Positions 46,733-56,405 of a stretch of DNA of 64,000 nt are shown one piece after another; the stretch's first letter is position 1; each line of letters starts with the position of its first letter. Position numbers and translations under genes: made by a program. The notes under the pieces are model-generated. The model searched no databases. It had not been told where the DNA came from and saw only the letters and a program-made list of their open reading frames with translations. The stretch lies in IMG/VR virus record IMGVR_UViG_3300045988_136451; one strand, 5' to 3'. Source of the DNA: a virus.

Positions 46733-49700
46733 CTACGGCTCGATTATGAGAACCGCGTTCGCCGGTGCCGACGACGCGGCACCCACGTATATCTCCTTGG
46801 CCGTCGATGCCAAGGTGGTCGCCGTCACGGCGGTGACGTTGATCGAGATGTTGCCCGACAGGTCTCCGGCTCCGGAGCCTGCCGCGTTGCCGGTGAGCGA
46901 GAACGTCCGGGAAGCCGACAGCTTGCCAGCGCTCGTGGCGCTCGTGGCGGTGGTCGCGTTGCCCGACAGCGCGCCGTAGAACGTCGTGGCGTACATCGCC
47001 AAGAACTTGTTCGCGCTCGTGCCGACGGTCTTGGTGTTCGTGGCGGACGACAGGATGTTCCCAACGCCCGACATGTCGCCGGAGACGGCGGCGCTGCCGT
47101 CGAAGCTCTGCCCCCATAGGCCGCGCGCCGTGGCGAGCTTCGTTGCCGTCCCGGCGTTGCCGCTCACGGTCTTCTGCACGGGGTGCACGTGGTCTTCCCT
47201 CGCCCACTTCGTCGCCGTGCCGACCGCCGCCGTGGCCGCGACCTTCGGCGCTGCGGTTCCAGCGTAGGGAACGCCGACCGTCGTCCACGCCTCCGCGACC
47301 GTCGTGCCGCCGAAGCCGCCCTTCGACACCGCCACCGGGCTGATGAAGTCGGTTCCGCCGTTGGGCTGAACGTCTCCGACCACCACGAACTGCGTGCCGT
47401 CGTACATGACGAGGTACGGCACGGAGAGCCTGAAGTAGCCAGCCGTCGGGACGGCCACCGGCGTGCCGGTCTGGGTGAAGCGGCGTATGTTCTTCGCGCC
47501 GAGCGAGTTGATGTTGAGCGTCACGTCAACGCTCGCCGACGTGACCGACGGGACGATCACCAGCAAGCGCCCCTTCAGGCCCGCGAGCGTCGTTGCCCAC
47601 GGAGGCCCGGAGAGCGTGCCCGTGTACGCCGACGACGTTCCGGCGAGCGTGACGACGGGCGCGGACATGCGACCGTCAACCGTGTTGAGCGATATGAGGC
47701 CGTTCACGCTCGCGGACGCGACCGGTATCGCGGCAACCGTGTCCGAGACGATCTGGCGCTGGTCTGCGTCAGTCCAGTAGTCAACGCCGCGCACGGGCGT
47801 GTCGCCCTTCGGGATGCCGAACTCCAACTGCGCCGCGTTCGACGTTCCGGCGTTCACGACGGTCGCTTGGCTCCCCGGCGAGAGGGTCGTGGTTGACTTG
47901 ACGACGACGGTTGCGGCAGCGCCGTCAGCGCCCTTAGCGCCGGTCGCGCCCCTGTCGCCCTGCTCGCCCTTGTCGCCCTTCGCGCCGGTCTGGCCGACGG
48001 GGATGCCGAAGTCGAAGATCGCGTTCGACGACGTTCCGGCGTTCGTGACCGTGGGCGTGCTCCCCGGCGCGAGCTGCCGCACCGTTCCGACGGCGACGGT
48101 CGCCGCCAAGCCCGTGTCGCCCTTCGCCCCGGGGTCGCCCTTCTCGCCCTTAGCGCCGGTCGCGCCCTGCGGTATGCCGAAGTTGAACTGCGCCGCCGAT
48201 GCCGTTCCGACGTTCGCGACCGTGGCGCTGCTTCCCGGAGGCAGGGTCGTGACCGTGCCGACGGCGACGGTCGCGGCGGTTCCCGGTATGCCTTGGTCGC
48301 CCTTTGCTCCCGTGTCGCCCTTCGGCCCCTTCTCGCCGGTGTCGCCCTTGTCTCCCTTCGCGCCAGTGCCCCCCTTCGGGATGCCGAAGTCGAAGCGCGC
48401 TGCGGTCGCCGTGCCGACGTTGGACACCGTGGGCTGCGAGCCTGCGGGGAGGCTCGTCACGGTGCCGACCGTTATGGTCGCGGCGGTGCCGGGAACGCCC
48501 TGCGCGCCCTGCGGTATGGCGAAGTCGAGGATTGCCGCGTTCTCGGTGCCCTTGTTCACGACGGATGCGGGAGACCCGGCAGCGCCGGTCGTGACCGTGC
48601 CCACGTCTATCGTGGCCGCTTGGCCCTGCGCGCCCTGCGGGCCGCGCTCTCCCTGCGGGCCGGGGTCGCCCTTCTCGCCTTGCACGCCCTGCCCCCCTTG
48701 CGGGCCGCGCTCTCCCTGCTTGCCCTCGACCAAGCCGAAGTCGAGCACCGCCGCGCTCGCCGTGCCCTTGTTCTCGACAGTCGGCGAGCTTCCCGGAGGC
48801 AGCGACGTGACCTTGCCCACCGACACCGTTGCAGCGTCTCCCTTGTCGCCCTTCGCCCCCGTGTCGCCCTTGGCACCGGTGTCGCCCTTGTCGCCCTTGG
48901 GGATGGTGAAGTCGAGCACGGCGGAAGAGGACGTTCCGGAGTTGACGATCTGGGCCTCGCTCCCGGCAGCGCCGGTGGTGACCGTGCCGACCGACACCGT
49001 TGCAGCCTGTCCCGGTATTCCTTGGTCGCCCTGCGGGCCTTGGTCGCCCTGCTGGCCTTGGATTGGGCCGACGTTCTGCCAGTCGTTCGTGCTCCCGGCG
49101 ACCCACACCCACAAGTCGCCCTTGATCGTGTAAGCGTCGCCGACCTCGCCCGTGGGATGGGCCGCCTTCAGCTCCTCGTAGGAGCCGTACGTTCCTTTGA
49201 TGACGACGCTCGTGCCGTCGGCACCCTTGTCGCCCGGGTCGCCCTTGTCCCCCTTGGGGCCTTGGGGTATGCCGAAGTTGAACAGCGCCGCGTTCGGCGT
49301 GCCCGCGTTGTCAACGGTCGCTTTGCTTCCAGCAGGGAGCGTCGTCGTGGTTCCAACGGTGATCGTGGCCGCTTGGCCCTGCTGCCCTTGCGGCCCCGTG
49401 TCCCCCTTCGCGCCCGTCTCGCCCTTCTCGCCCTGAACCAAGCCGAAGTCGAGCACGGCGGAAAGCGACGAGCCGGAGTTCACGACAGTCGGCGAGCTTC
49501 CCGGAGGCAGCGACGTGACCGTGCCGACCGTTACGGTCGCGGCCTGTCCGGGCGCGCCGGTGTCGCCCTTGTCGCCCTTCGCGCCGTCTTGGCCCGCAAG
49601 ACCCTGCGGCCCTCTCTCGCCCTGCATGCCCTGTATGCCCTGCGGGCCTTGGGGTATCGTGAAGTTGAACACCGCGTTCGTGGTGTCGCCGGAGTTCGTG

Positions 49701-50485
49701 ACCTGCGCTGCCGTGCCGGGGTCTCCGGTCGTGACCGTGCCCACCGCGATGGTGGCGGCTATGCCGGGGTCTCCCTTGTCGCCCTGCTCGCCCTGCAAGC
49801 CGCGCGGCCCAGTCGCTCCCGTGTCGCCCTTCGGGCCTTGCTCGCCCCTCTCCCCTTGCTCGCCCTTCGGGCCTTGCTCTCCCTGCGGCCCCCTCTCGCC
49901 CTGTATGCCCTGCGGCCCCTGCTCGCCCTGCTCGCCCTTGTCGCCCTTCGCGCCCTTGGGCAGGAAGAAGTTCAGAACGGGGTTCTGCACCGTGCCGGTG
50001 ATCGTCACCTGCGGGGTGTCCGACGTTGCGACGGTTCCGATGGTGAAGTGCGGTATCAGCTCGCCGCTGTCGAGGCGGTCGTTTATCTCCTTGATCTGCG
50101 CGTATATCTGGGCGAGAATCTTGTTGAACTCGTCCTGCGTCTGGTTCACCTCGTAAAGGTGGGCGCGCATGATGCGGCGGGCGAACGCGATGTAGGCCAC
50201 GCGGTAGAACTTCGTGTTGTAGTCGTAGGCGAGGAAGTCGCCCATGATGTCGGTTATGGTCTCGTCGGCTGGGTTGACCACGTAGTGGTCGCTGATCTCG
50301 TTCGCCTTGATGTCAACCTGCTGCTTCTGGTCTGGGTCGAAAATCTCGTCGATCTTCGCGCACAGCGCCGCGAGGTCGGTCACTTCCAAGACCTCGTACA
50401 AAGCGCCCGTGAGGGTGTTCGTAATCCAGTCGCCGAGATTGACGGCTGTTCCGTTCTTGTCTACCAGCATCTCGCGCTCCTTCAA
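46733..50485 (-). CDS. Collagen-like modular tail fibre protein (1250 aa)
   Basis: The N-terminal region is globular. After it come about 12 tandem units of G-X-Y collagen triplets followed by a roughly 35-aa module [38 protein letters not shown]. The C-terminal region is Ala/Thr/Ser/Gly-rich. Confidence 0.7.
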   Translation of the reverse strand: MKEREMLVDKNGTAVNLGDWITNTLTGALYEVLEVTDLAALCAKIDEIFDPDQKQQVDIKANEISDHYVVNPADETITDIMGDFLAYDYNTKFYRVAYIAFARRIMRAHLYEVNQTQDEFNKILAQIYAQIKEINDRLDSGELIPHFTIGTVATSDTPQVTITGTVQNPVLNFFLPKGAKGDKGEQGEQGPQGIQGERGPQGEQGPKGEQGERGEQGPKGDTGATGPRGLQGEQGDKGDPGIAATIAVGTVTTGDPGTAAQVTNSGDTTNAVFNFTIPQGPQGIQGMQGERGPQGLAGQDGAKGDKGDTGAPGQAATVTVGTVTSLPPGSSPTVVNSGSSLSAVLDFGLVQGEKGETGAKGDTGPQGQQGQAATITVGTTTTLPAGSKATVDNAGTPNAALFNFGIPQGPKGDKGDPGDKGADGTSVVIKGTYGSYEELKAAHPTGEVGDAYTIKGDLWVWVAGSTNDWQNVGPIQGQQGDQGPQGDQGIPGQAATVSVGTVTTGAAGSEAQIVNSGTSSSAVLDFTIPKGDKGDTGAKGDTGAKGDKGDAATVSVGKVTSLPPGSSPTVENKGTASAAVLDFGLVEGKQGERGPQGGQGVQGEKGDPGPQGERGPQGAQGQAATIDVGTVTTGAAGSPASVVNKGTENAAILDFAIPQGAQGVPGTAATITVGTVTSLPAGSQPTVSNVGTATAARFDFGIPKGGTGAKGDKGDTGEKGPKGDTGAKGDQGIPGTAATVAVGTVTTLPPGSSATVANVGTASAAQFNFGIPQGATGAKGEKGDPGAKGDTGLAATVAVGTVRQLAPGSTPTVTNAGTSSNAIFDFGIPVGQTGAKGDKGEQGDRGATGAKGADGAAATVVVKSTTTLSPGSQATVVNAGTSNAAQLEFGIPKGDTPVRGVDYWTDADQRQIVSDTVAAIPVASASVNGLISLNTVDGRMSAPVVTLAGTSSAYTGTLSGPPWATTLAGLKGRLLVIVPSVTSASVDVTLNINSLGAKNIRRFTQTGTPVAVPTAGYFRLSVPYLVMYDGTQFVVVGDVQPNGGTDFISPVAVSKGGFGGTTVAEAWTTVGVPYAGTAAPKVAATAAVGTATKWAREDHVHPVQKTVSGNAGTATKLATARGLWGQSFDGSAAVSGDMSGVGNILSSATNTKTVGTSANKFLAMYATTFYGALSGNATTATSATSAGKLSASRTFSLTGNAAGSGAGDLSGNISINVTAVTATTLASTAKEIYVGAASSAPANAVLIIEP

Positions 50486-50545
50486 TCCGATGTTGCCTCC
50501 ATTGTATGAAAAAGGCGGGGTTCGCGCTATGGAGCTGGCGCGCCC

Positions 50546-50576
50546 TTGACATACGTTGCCCCCCCCCAGTTACGAT
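50546..50576 (+). promoter_or_regulatory. Array promoter 1: TTGACA, 19-bp spacer containing C9 (50559..50567), TACGAT
   Basis: Consensus -35 and a TAnnnT -10, but a non-optimal 19-bp spacing because of the C9 tract. Sits 36 nt upstream of ATG 50612. Confidence 0.55.
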
Positions 50577-50611
50577 AGTCCCGAAACGGAGGCTGATGCG
50601 GAGGAGCGGCA

Positions 50612-51052
50612 ATGGCGGTGTTGAAGTATCGAGGTTCGGGCGGAACTATCCAGACCCTCTTGGACGTGACCGGCACGCTGGCGCGCATCGGCGCGTTGGA
50701 GACGAAGACGAACAACCTCCAAACGACCGTCAACGCCCTCAACGCCTCCTCCGGCTGGAAAAGGCTGTCGAAGAACTGCTGGTACAAGAAGGTCGGCCTG
50801 TGGTGCACAGTCCAATGCGACTACATAAGCCTGTCGGCGAGCACGTGGAAGACCCTCGGAACCCTCCCTGCCGGTTACAGGCCGGTGGTCACGGGGCTGA
50901 CCGACGAGGGCAAAGTCGTGTCGGGCGCGGCGTTCCATCGCGGCGAGAACAACATAGGCCTAATCGAGATTAACGGCTCCGGCGTGGTGAGCATGTACGC
51001 GACCGTCGCGAGCGATTATTGGTCTGCGAACATCGTGTTCCCCTGCGCTTGA
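50612..51052 (+). CDS. Array paralog 1 (146 aa): conserved N-terminal helix and variable C-terminal beta-rich domain
   Basis: Starts MAVLKYRGSGGTIQTLLDVTGTLARIGALETK, shared with paralogs 3 and 4. The C-terminal domain is unique and Trp/Cys-rich. Confidence 0.6.
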   Translation: MAVLKYRGSGGTIQTLLDVTGTLARIGALETKTNNLQTTVNALNASSGWKRLSKNCWYKKVGLWCTVQCDYISLSASTWKTLGTLPAGYRPVVTGLTDEGKVVSGAAFHRGENNIGLIEINGSGVVSMYATVASDYWSANIVFPCA

Positions 51053-51079
51053 CAACGCTTGCCCCCCCCCAGTTACCAT
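51049..51079 (+). promoter_or_regulatory. Array promoter 2: TTGACA, 19-bp spacer containing C9 (51062..51070), TACCAT
   Basis: Same architecture as promoter 1. Confidence 0.55.
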
Positions 51080-51106
51080 TGCCGGGTAAACGGACGGAGG
51101 GCTGCA

Positions 51107-51607
51107 ATGGCGAAGTTGAAGTACCGCAAAGGCTCTGACATATTCGAGATTTTCGACACGGACGACATCAAGGCGCTCCAAACGAAGGTGGACGAGGTGC
51201 CGAGGCTCCCGACGTTCGGCTCGACCTCCGGCAACTGGCCCTTCGGAGTGGTCTACTGGAACGTCAGCGCCGACAAGAAGCGCCTGTCGCTCCATGGGAA
51301 CATCTACTTCGACAGCTGCGGCGACGCGTGGAGCGCCATGAAGGCGATACCGGGCGGAGCGTCGAACGAGTGGGGCTTGCAGGTCGCAACTCCGCTCGGA
51401 GCGCAATCCAAAGCCCTCTGGATACCTGCCGTCGGCTTCTCCACCACGAACTCCACCATATCGGCCCAGAACTTCGGTCGCCTTACCATGAAGATAGGCA
51501 CCGACGGCTACTGCTACGTATTCCCGACGACGACAAAGCCGGAGGGCGACGGCCCGTTCTCGTGCTTCATAGATTGCTGGTACATGAGCATAGCGGACTA
51601 CGCTTGA
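51107..51607 (+). CDS. Array paralog 2 (166 aa)
   Basis: ATG at 51107 (MAKLKYRKGSDIFEIFDTDDIKALQTKVDEV). The track ORF 51059..51607 includes an upstream extension. Confidence 0.55.
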   Translation: MAKLKYRKGSDIFEIFDTDDIKALQTKVDEVPRLPTFGSTSGNWPFGVVYWNVSADKKRLSLHGNIYFDSCGDAWSAMKAIPGGASNEWGLQVATPLGAQSKALWIPAVGFSTTNSTISAQNFGRLTMKIGTDGYCYVFPTTTKPEGDGPFSCFIDCWYMSIADYA

Positions 51608-51634
51608 CATTTTCTGCCCCCCCCCTGTTACGAT
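51604..51634 (+). promoter_or_regulatory. Array promoter 3: TTGACA, 19-bp spacer containing C9 (51617..51625), TACGAT
   Basis: Same architecture as promoter 1. Confidence 0.55.
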
Positions 51635-51659
51635 CTTCGCCGATGAAAGGAAGGGTCGA

Positions 51660-52103
51660 ATGGCAATCATCAAGTACAGGGGCAGCGGCGGCGTTGTCGA
51701 ACTGCTCGACGTGGGGGCGCTGCTGGGCCGGGTGAGCGCCTTGGAAACGAAGGTCGCGTCGTTCGACCGGGCGACATCGGGGATATGGAAATACGAGAAG
51801 CGCTCCGACGGCACCTGCGTCTGCGAGGGCCAGCAGACGCGCACGGTCAACATAGAGAACATATATTCGGGGAACATCTACTACGGCGACTTCGCCGCCG
51901 TCTCGTTCCCCAGCGGGCTGTTCACCGCAGTGCCGGACGTTCGCGCGACGATTCAATCGGCACCAGCGACCGTGTGGGTCGCGACGGCCTCGAACTCGAA
52001 GCCGTCAACGTCGTCAACGCAGACGGTGCGCCTGCTGTCGGGCGGCCCGGAGACGAGCATATCCGTCACGGTCTCCTACCGCGCGGTCGGTCGCTGGAAG
52101 TAG
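51660..52103 (+). CDS. Array paralog 3 (147 aa)
   Basis: Starts MAIIKYRGSGGVVELLDVGALLGRVSALETKVASFDRA and then has a unique C-terminal domain. Confidence 0.6.
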   Translation: MAIIKYRGSGGVVELLDVGALLGRVSALETKVASFDRATSGIWKYEKRSDGTCVCEGQQTRTVNIENIYSGNIYYGDFAAVSFPSGLFTAVPDVRATIQSAPATVWVATASNSKPSTSSTQTVRLLSGGPETSISVTVSYRAVGRWK

Positions 52104-52104
52104 C

Positions 52105-52135
52105 CTTGACTTTCCGTGCCCCCCCCCTGTTACGC
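52105..52135 (+). promoter_or_regulatory. Array promoter 4: TTGACT, 19-bp spacer containing C9 (52118..52126), TACGCT
   Basis: Same architecture as promoter 1. Confidence 0.5.
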
Positions 52136-52164
52136 TTTCCCGAAACACTCGGAAGGGAGAGGGA

Positions 52165-52638
52165 ATGGCGAAGCTGAAGTACAGGGGCACGGGCGGCGTG
52201 GTCGAGCTTCTTGACATCTCGAACGTTCTCAACCGCCTGTCGTCGCTCGAAGCCAAGATGACGGCGGTCGAGACAAAGCTGACGGTCAAGTCCGACGGTT
52301 TATGGCGTTATCTCGTCCTCGGCTCCTTCGTCATCGGATGGCGCACCGACCGTTTCGTCGTGCCGCAATGGAACTCGTGGGGCAATCTCTGGGAAAGCTC
52401 CGCAAAGCTCTCTTCGGTCATCTATCCGGGCGGCTATCAGGGGAAGTTCTCGCAAGTCGCCCTGTTCTGCAACGCCAAGAACGTCGGAGAGGTCACATCG
52501 TGCGGCGTGGAGTTCGAGGACAGCTCGACCCCGGACGTTCTCAACAAGTTTCCCAACGTGTACCTGCTGCGCCCGAACAACGCGGGCACGAACGTGACGT
52601 ACGACGTGTACCGCATGTTCATAGGTCAGCTCAAATGA
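52165..52638 (+). CDS. Array paralog 4 (157 aa)
   Basis: Starts MAKLKYRGTGGVVELLDISNVLNRLSSLEAKMTAVETKL and then has a unique C-terminal domain. Confidence 0.6.
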   Translation: MAKLKYRGTGGVVELLDISNVLNRLSSLEAKMTAVETKLTVKSDGLWRYLVLGSFVIGWRTDRFVVPQWNSWGNLWESSAKLSSVIYPGGYQGKFSQVALFCNAKNVGEVTSCGVEFEDSSTPDVLNKFPNVYLLRPNNAGTNVTYDVYRMFIGQLK

Positions 52639-52714
52639 CGGCTTGACAACCTCCGCCCCAGCTGAACAGAACGTCGTACGCGACCGAAGTGCCCGTCAAC
52701 TTGATTGGCGGCGT

Positions 52715-52746
52715 AAAAAAAAGAACCCCTCTCGCGAGGGGTTCTT
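52715..52746. terminator. Bidirectional terminator shared by the paralog array and the endolysin gene
   Basis: AAAAAAAAGAACCCCTCTCGCGAGGGGTTCTTC, identical over 33 nt to the terminator at 12140..12170. Confidence 0.65.
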
Positions 52747-52760
52747 CATTCGCTGCGGCT

Positions 52761-53930
52761 TTACAGGTAGATGACCTGACCGGGGTAGATCACGTTCGGG
52801 TCGGAGATGCCGTTCTTCGCGGCGAGGCCCATGTAGTTGGAACCCCAGCCGTTGCTCGCGGCGATTGCGGAAAGGTTGTCGCCCTCCCGAACCGTGTAGG
52901 TTCCGCCTCCGCCGACCTCCGCCGCCGCGCCGCCGTTGGTCAGGGCGATGTTGCCGATGTCGATTGCTGCGGTCACCTGACCGTCTCGACCGATCACCGC
53001 GCGGCGACCGTCAAGCTCCATCACGACGTAGGTGCCGTGGACGGCGAGCGGGGTGCCGTTCTCGTCAACGGGCGTGACGACCTTGACAAGCGAGCCGACC
53101 GAGATTGTCGGGGAGCCGCCGGAGCCGCCGCCGACCTTCGCGAGGTTGGAAGCGTCGATGGCCGCAGTGACCTGACCGCCGCGACCGATCACTATGCGGT
53201 TGCCGGACACCTCCATCACCTCGTATGTGCCGGAGGTCGCGAGCGACGTGCCGTTCACATCGACGGGGTTGGTCACGGTCACGATGTCGCCGACGCTGAA
53301 GGAGGCCGACGGCGCTGGCTCCGGGGAAGGCTCCGGCGGGACGTAGCTGCCGCCGTGAATCTCCTGCGGGAAGTCCCTGTAGCACTCGTTCGCGTCCAGA
53401 GGGCCGATGCCGCCGATGTAGGCGGTCGAGGTGTACTGCCAGATGTCCGCCGTGCCGTTGTAGGACAGGTCGGCACCGTACTCGGCGACCCAAGCGGTGT
53501 AGGGCAGGATGCGCATGTCCTGCGCGTTCGCGTTGTAGCGCCCGGTGTACCAGCCGAACCAGTACCCGGCGGCCTCGATCTGCGGGCCGACGACCTCGCA
53601 CGCGCGACGGTAGAACCATTCCAGACCCGGCTCCTCAACGTCGAGGTAGGCGGGGAAGCCCATCTCGGACGGGTCGGGGAGCAGGCGCAGCATGTGGGCC
53701 GCCTCGCTGTTCGCCATGGAATCGTTCGACGCGTAAGAGTACAGGTACACGCCGAAGGGGATGCCGAGGCGCTTGCACTCGGACATGTTGCGATGGTACT
53801 GCCGGTCGTCTTGGTTCGCGTAGTCGCTGCCGTAGCCGCAGGACAGGATTGCCCCGTCGATTCGGCCCACGAGGGCATCCCAGTTGATGGTGCCCTGATG
53901 GTGCGATACGTCGATGAGCGTCATTGTCAT
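52761..53930 (-). CDS. Endolysin: GH25 muramidase, two roughly 55-aa binding repeats and a C-terminal LysM (389 aa)
   Basis: N-terminus LIDVSHHQGTINWDALVGRIDGAILSCGYG. Two tandem repeats xSVGxxVxVxxPVDxNGTxLAxxGTYxVMExxGxRxVIGRxGQVTAAID. C-terminal LysM (TYTVREGDNLSAIA...GISDPNVIYPGQVIYL). Confidence 0.75.
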   Translation of the reverse strand: MTMTLIDVSHHQGTINWDALVGRIDGAILSCGYGSDYANQDDRQYHRNMSECKRLGIPFGVYLYSYASNDSMANSEAAHMLRLLPDPSEMGFPAYLDVEEPGLEWFYRRACEVVGPQIEAAGYWFGWYTGRYNANAQDMRILPYTAWVAEYGADLSYNGTADIWQYTSTAYIGGIGPLDANECYRDFPQEIHGGSYVPPEPSPEPAPSASFSVGDIVTVTNPVDVNGTSLATSGTYEVMEVSGNRIVIGRGGQVTAAIDASNLAKVGGGSGGSPTISVGSLVKVVTPVDENGTPLAVHGTYVVMELDGRRAVIGRDGQVTAAIDIGNIALTNGGAAAEVGGGGTYTVREGDNLSAIAASNGWGSNYMGLAAKNGISDPNVIYPGQVIYL

Positions 53931-53994
53931 GGTGTTTCTCTCCTTTCGCTCGATGGGGACATTCTACCACCGAGGAGGGAGGAGGGACACGCGG

Positions 53995-54177
53995 TCACGA
54001 AACGGGCAGGTAGTCCTTCAGGACTTCCTTCGTGTTCGCGTCGCGCCTGACGATGACGGGCTGCGGGATGCCGTTGACGATCTTCACGCCGAAGACGACC
54101 TCCTGCACGGGGTGCGCGGTGTCGGCGGTCTTGTATCCGCTCGAAGCAACAACGTCGATGGGGTCTGCGGTCGCCAT
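53995..54177 (-). CDS. Hypothetical small protein (60 aa)
   Basis: Track ORF. Confidence 0.25.
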   Translation of the reverse strand: MATADPIDVVASSGYKTADTAHPVQEVVFGVKIVNGIPQPVIVRRDANTKEVLKDYLPVS

Positions 54178-54181
54178 CGCC

Positions 54182-54676
54182 CTACCAAGCGTCGGCGTGG
54201 ACTTCGACGGCCATGCCGTCCACCGTCTTGATTCTAAGGCCGTCCACGGCCTCCCAGCCGCCCGAAGGAACCGTTATGGGGGCGCAGGCCGCCTTGCGGT
54301 AAACCATGGCCTTGGAGACGTTCAGGGAGGCTCTGGCGTATATGCGCGTGCCCGCGTACTCGCCAAGGTATCTCTCCTCGTCGTCGAGAGCGTCCACCGC
54401 CTCGGACATCGCCCTCTCGACATCGGTCTCCCCGAGCGGGTTGTCGCCAACCCCCTCCAAGCCGAGCATCTGGTACATCTGCTCGCGCTCGATCACTTGG
54501 ATGCGGTCGTCGTACTCGTCGCGACCGTGGTAGAGGACGCGGAAGTCGTCGTCTCCCTCTTCGAGGACTTCGAGCGACCGGTACTTGCCTCCGGGAAGGT
54601 AGTAGGGGTTTGCGAAGTCGGAAGGCTCGAACACGGCCCCCGGCTTGATCTCGTCGTACGAAACGGGCGTAGCCAT
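54182..54676 (-). CDS. Hypothetical protein (164 aa)
   Basis: Track ORF. Confidence 0.3.
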   Translation of the reverse strand: MATPVSYDEIKPGAVFEPSDFANPYYLPGGKYRSLEVLEEGDDDFRVLYHGRDEYDDRIQVIEREQMYQMLGLEGVGDNPLGETDVERAMSEAVDALDDEERYLGEYAGTRIYARASLNVSKAMVYRKAACAPITVPSGGWEAVDGLRIKTVDGMAVEVHADAW

Positions 54677-54879
54677 CAGCGCTTCTCCCCTATCAGGAAC
54701 ACGATCACGACGAGGCAGGTGAGCAGGAGCGTAAGGTAGGCCTCCATGATTCCCTGCGAGGCCACGGCCACCGCGATCACGGCGAGCGCTATGTAGGACG
54801 GCAACCGCAGGTCTTTCGTCCGCTTGCCCCCGTTCCCGCGCATAAGCTCGTAACGCTCCTTGGTGGTCATCTCAAACAC
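54676..54879 (-). CDS. Small membrane protein, holin candidate (67 aa)
   Basis: Charged N-terminus followed by two hydrophobic segments. Lies two genes upstream of the endolysin. Confidence 0.35.
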   Translation of the reverse strand: MFEMTTKERYELMRGNGGKRTKDLRLPSYIALAVIAVAVASQGIMEAYLTLLLTCLVVIVFLIGEKR

Positions 54880-54937
54880 CCGCCTTTCTTGTCCCTTTCG
54901 CTAAGGATAGCAGGAAGTCGGCTCGCCGCGCAACGGG

Positions 54938-55261
54938 TTAGCCGCACAGGCGGTCGATGACGAGGGCCTTGTCAATCGCCACCATCTCCGAATCGACGAC
55001 GTACGCCTTGAACTTGTCGAGCATCACGCGGGTGTTGCGGAAGTACAGGCTGAACGGCATGTCCTCCAAGCGCAGCGTGGCGCGCACGAAGCCGTTCTTC
55101 ATGAACTCGACCGTCGCCGGGAACTCCATCCCGCTCTCGATCAGGGCCGCCTCGCCCTGCCCGACGGAGAAGAACGTGTCAACGCCCCGCCACATCAGCG
55201 TAAGCCCGTACTCGCCGTCGCCCACCGCGTACCTGCCGTTCGCCCCGGTGACATGCACCAT
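54938..55261 (-). CDS. Hypothetical protein (107 aa)
   Basis: Track ORF. Confidence 0.3.
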   Translation of the reverse strand: MVHVTGANGRYAVGDGEYGLTLMWRGVDTFFSVGQGEAALIESGMEFPATVEFMKNGFVRATLRLEDMPFSLYFRNTRVMLDKFKAYVVDSEMVAIDKALVIDRLCG

Positions 55262-55273
55262 TGTCGGCCTCCT

Positions 55274-55468
55274 TTAGTCTCGAATCTCCAAGTTGGAGCT
55301 GATGCGCGCCGTCAGGTTGCGCTCGCTGAAGCAATGCTCCTGAACGGTGACGACGTGGCGCTTGCCGAACTTGTCCCTGTAGCGGACGCGCCTGCCCTTC
55401 CGCGACACGACCGTTATCAGGTCGCCGTCGAGCGTCTTGTAGCTCTGCCCGCCTCGAACTTGGTGCAC
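55274..55468 (-). CDS. Hypothetical small protein (64 aa)
   Basis: Track ORF. Confidence 0.25.
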   Translation of the reverse strand: MHQVRGGQSYKTLDGDLITVVSRKGRRVRYRDKFGKRHVVTVQEHCFSERNLTARISSNLEIRD

Positions 55469-55494
55469 ATGCCGCCGCCCTTCATCTCTGGCTC

Positions 55495-56001
55495 CTACTT
55501 CCTGCCATTCTCCTTGTCGGCGGCCTTCTCCGCAAGCCGCTTCTCCGCCTCGGCGCGGCGCGCTTCGTATGCCGCAGCCATCTCGTCGCGGAAGAGGGAC
55601 AGCACATCCACGACGCTCAAATTCTCGGGCAGCATGCAGCCGTCAATCGCATCGCGGCACCACCTGTCGAACGGCTCGACCGCATCGACGCGCCCGCCGT
55701 GATCGAACTCCGTCATGGTCGCCGGTCTGCCGAAGTTCACGGCCCGGCGCGCCGTCTCGATGCCCAAGGCGCGCAGCTTGTCGGACAGGATGTCGGGCCG
55801 CTCCGCGCGGCCTCCCTCCATGGCCGCCGTCAAGCGGTCGGACAGACGGGCGTTCTCCGCCGTCAGCGCGTCGATGGTGCGGTACGCCCGCATGATCTCC
55901 GACACCACCGCCTCCCCGCTCATCGGCGCTGCCGCCTCGTGCGCCCGCGTCTTCTTGATGCTGCCGCCCAGCGTCGGCACGCTCTTGTGCTCCACAGCCA
56001 T
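55495..56001 (-). CDS. Hypothetical protein (168 aa)
   Basis: ATG at 56001, preceded by a GAAGGAG ribosome-binding site and a TCGATTATTTTATCGA palindrome variant. Confidence 0.35.
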   Translation of the reverse strand: MAVEHKSVPTLGGSIKKTRAHEAAAPMSGEAVVSEIMRAYRTIDALTAENARLSDRLTAAMEGGRAERPDILSDKLRALGIETARRAVNFGRPATMTEFDHGGRVDAVEPFDRWCRDAIDGCMLPENLSVVDVLSLFRDEMAAAYEARRAEAEKRLAEKAADKENGRK

Positions 56002-56015
56002 GTCTTTGCTCCTTC

Positions 56016-56031
56016 TCGATTATTTTATCGA
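56016..56031. repeat. AT-rich palindrome variant TCGATTATTTTATCGA (site 8)
   Basis: Sits immediately upstream of the ribosome-binding site of gene 55495..56001. Confidence 0.7.
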
Positions 56032-56053
56032 GCGCGCCAAAGGCGCTCGCTCC

Positions 56054-56392
56054 TTACTGGTATCCGTCGTACGTCTTGCCCTTCGGCTCGTTGAGCGAAA
56101 GGCGGAGCGCGAGGCCGCTGCCGACGCATCCGTCGCGGTCGAACTCCGTTTCCGGCGAGTTGAAGAAGCCGTCCGCGTCGAAGCCGAAGCGGTAGTCGGT
56201 GCCGGTCACCTTGAACCCTCTCGACATCAGGTCGGCGGCGCGCTCGTTGAACCTTTGCAGCGCCTCCCCGAACTGGTGAAGCTCCTCCATCGTCTCCTCC
56301 TCGATGAACGAAGTCTCGACGAAGCAGCCGCCCTCGGCAGGCTCCCACGCGCTGCCGTAGTGCTCGACGTACAGATAGATCGTGTTCAGCAT
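56054..56392 (-). CDS. Hypothetical protein (112 aa)
   Basis: Track ORF. Confidence 0.3.
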   Translation of the reverse strand: MLNTIYLYVEHYGSAWEPAEGGCFVETSFIEEETMEELHQFGEALQRFNERAADLMSRGFKVTGTDYRFGFDADGFFNSPETEFDRDGCVGSGLALRLSLNEPKGKTYDGYQ

Positions 56393-56405
56393 GGCCCTCT
56401 CCTCC

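Noticed and set aside
47799-50509. Long plus-strand ORFs (444 aa and 738 aa) opposite the tail fibre gene
   Set aside because: They are Pro/Ala/Arg-rich mirror frames of the GGN/GNN collagen repeats on the coding strand. No ribosome-binding site is present and the composition is a typical shadow ORF.
50546-52135. Regularly spaced repeats that could suggest a CRISPR array
   Set aside because: The repeats are roughly 30-bp promoter elements spaced by complete 440-500 bp genes, not 25-40 bp repeats with short spacers. No cas genes are present.
46733-52638. A diversity-generating retroelement acting on the fibre or variable paralogs
   Set aside because: No reverse transcriptase ORF (no YxDD motif) and no template/variable repeat pair was seen anywhere in the window.
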